Below are positions 63,018 through 64,000 of a DNA stretch of 64,000 nt, in pieces. The DNA is taken from NCBI RefSeq assembly GCF_041956535.1, contig NW_027192194.1:612545-676544 (forward strand). Direction: 5' to 3'. A model generated the notes under the pieces. That model did no database searches, was not told the origin of the DNA, and was given only the letters and a program-made list of their open reading frames with translations. Source of the stretch: Calcarisporiella thermophila CBS 279.70. Lineage: Eukaryota; Fungi; Calcarisporiellomycota. Positions within the stretch are counted from its first letter, which is position 1. Each line of letters starts with the position of its first letter. Both the position numbers and the translations under genes were made by a program.

Positions 63018-63897
63018 TTATGTCGCAACTGCTGTGCTCGCAGCATTCTCACCAAAAGCGTCCTCCTCCGTGGATTCTCCCTTCTCCTCGAGCAACTTCT
63101 CCACAATCTCCACCTGTTGCGTAAACTTGATGACGTCGGCATCTGCAATACTAAGTTCGAAGGAGGATTTGAGGAGTTGGAGAGCGATTCTGTCCTCTTC
63201 TTGGCGCAACTTGTTTCTATCTTCAAGACACACTTCCATCTTTATGGAAATAAAAAACAATGTAGGAGAAAAATTAATAATAGGTTCAGCTTCGTCATCC
63301 AATAGGAGAAATTATTCGGCCAACAACACCAACCTCTTTCTCCTGCTCTGGTGCCCAGGAAATTTTCACCACTTGGCGAGCAGCGGGTGGCATTTGTCGT
63401 GAAGTGAGAGGAGCGGTAGGAAGGGATGCGGGACCAGCATAGGGAGAAGAGCCAGCCTGCCCAGTTCGTCGATAGTAAGGCGATGGGGAGCCCGTGTGTC
63501 TGCCGTAAAATCGAGAACCCGTTGGGGTTGGAGTGCTCTGCGGCATTCCATATGAATTAGAGTGTGGGGTAATATTGGTTGGTTTGGAAGCAGATGTTGC
63601 TAAGAAAGAGGGAGATCGGCGGTCACTGCCTCCGCTACTTCCACTCCCGAATCGCCTGTCGCGATCTCGCTCACGATCCTTTTCCCTGTCCCTTTCGCGA
63701 TCCCGATAATCCCGGTCGTAGTCTCGCTCTCGCTCTCTATCTCTGTCGCGATCTCTGTCCCTTTCGCGCTCTCTGTCTCTATCTCTATCCCTGTCGCGAT
63801 CGCCACGATCTCTCTCCCGATCTCGTTCTCTTGGACTATCACGTCCTCGATCGTAGCCACCAGATCGATGTCTACTCCCTGAATATCGGTCCATCAT
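63018..63897 (-). CDS. Hypothetical nuclear protein with RD/RE dipeptide repeats and C-terminal coiled coil; 2 exons
   Basis: ATG at 63897, a long (RD/RE)n tract, and an intron gttggt...ataaag joining EQEKE to [15 protein letters not shown]. Confidence 0.65.
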
Positions 63898-64000
63898 TAA
63901 TGGTTGAGGTTGTTGAGACAATATTTTGCAGATTTAATTCCACTCTGTGACTTGCTTTGAAATGTGGCTTAGCTTGAGTACAAATCCCTATTTTATGCAT

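Noticed and set aside
63660-63830. Tandem-like CT/CG-rich repeats
   Set aside because: Explained by the coding RD/RE dipeptide tract; there is no repeat-spacer organisation, so it is not a CRISPR array or satellite.

Overview
Gene-dense, intron-rich eukaryotic DNA from a fungus. It has short GT-AG introns with CTRAC-type branch points and a Zn2Cys6 transcription factor. The joint presence of mS34, a PLD6/Zucchini-type nuclease, LACTB2, Grainyhead/CP2, a CYP86-clan-like P450 and a kelch-TM protein suggests an early-diverging, Mucoromycota-like lineage (inference). I could reconstruct about 30 protein-coding genes by hand, mostly housekeeping: CTP synthase 3' end, AzgA permease, CSC1/TMEM63 channel, CEM1, MRPS8, SRPK/SKY1, glutaredoxin, IPP1, Tco89-like, SIS1, CSM3, POR1, APC10 and an MFS transporter, plus several orphan membrane proteins. 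I found no transposon, CRISPR array, tRNA or rRNA, and no multi-gene novel system that I can support. The best leads are an unexplained, strongly base-paired non-coding block beside POR1 (candidate ncRNA), a Zucchini-like nuclease with a bacterial-type N-terminal domain, an IPP1 with an in-frame mitochondrial presequence and a PTS1-like end, an orphan 7TM GPCR-like gene, and several GC-AG introns. Exon boundaries were read by eye and family calls come from recalled motifs, not database searches.
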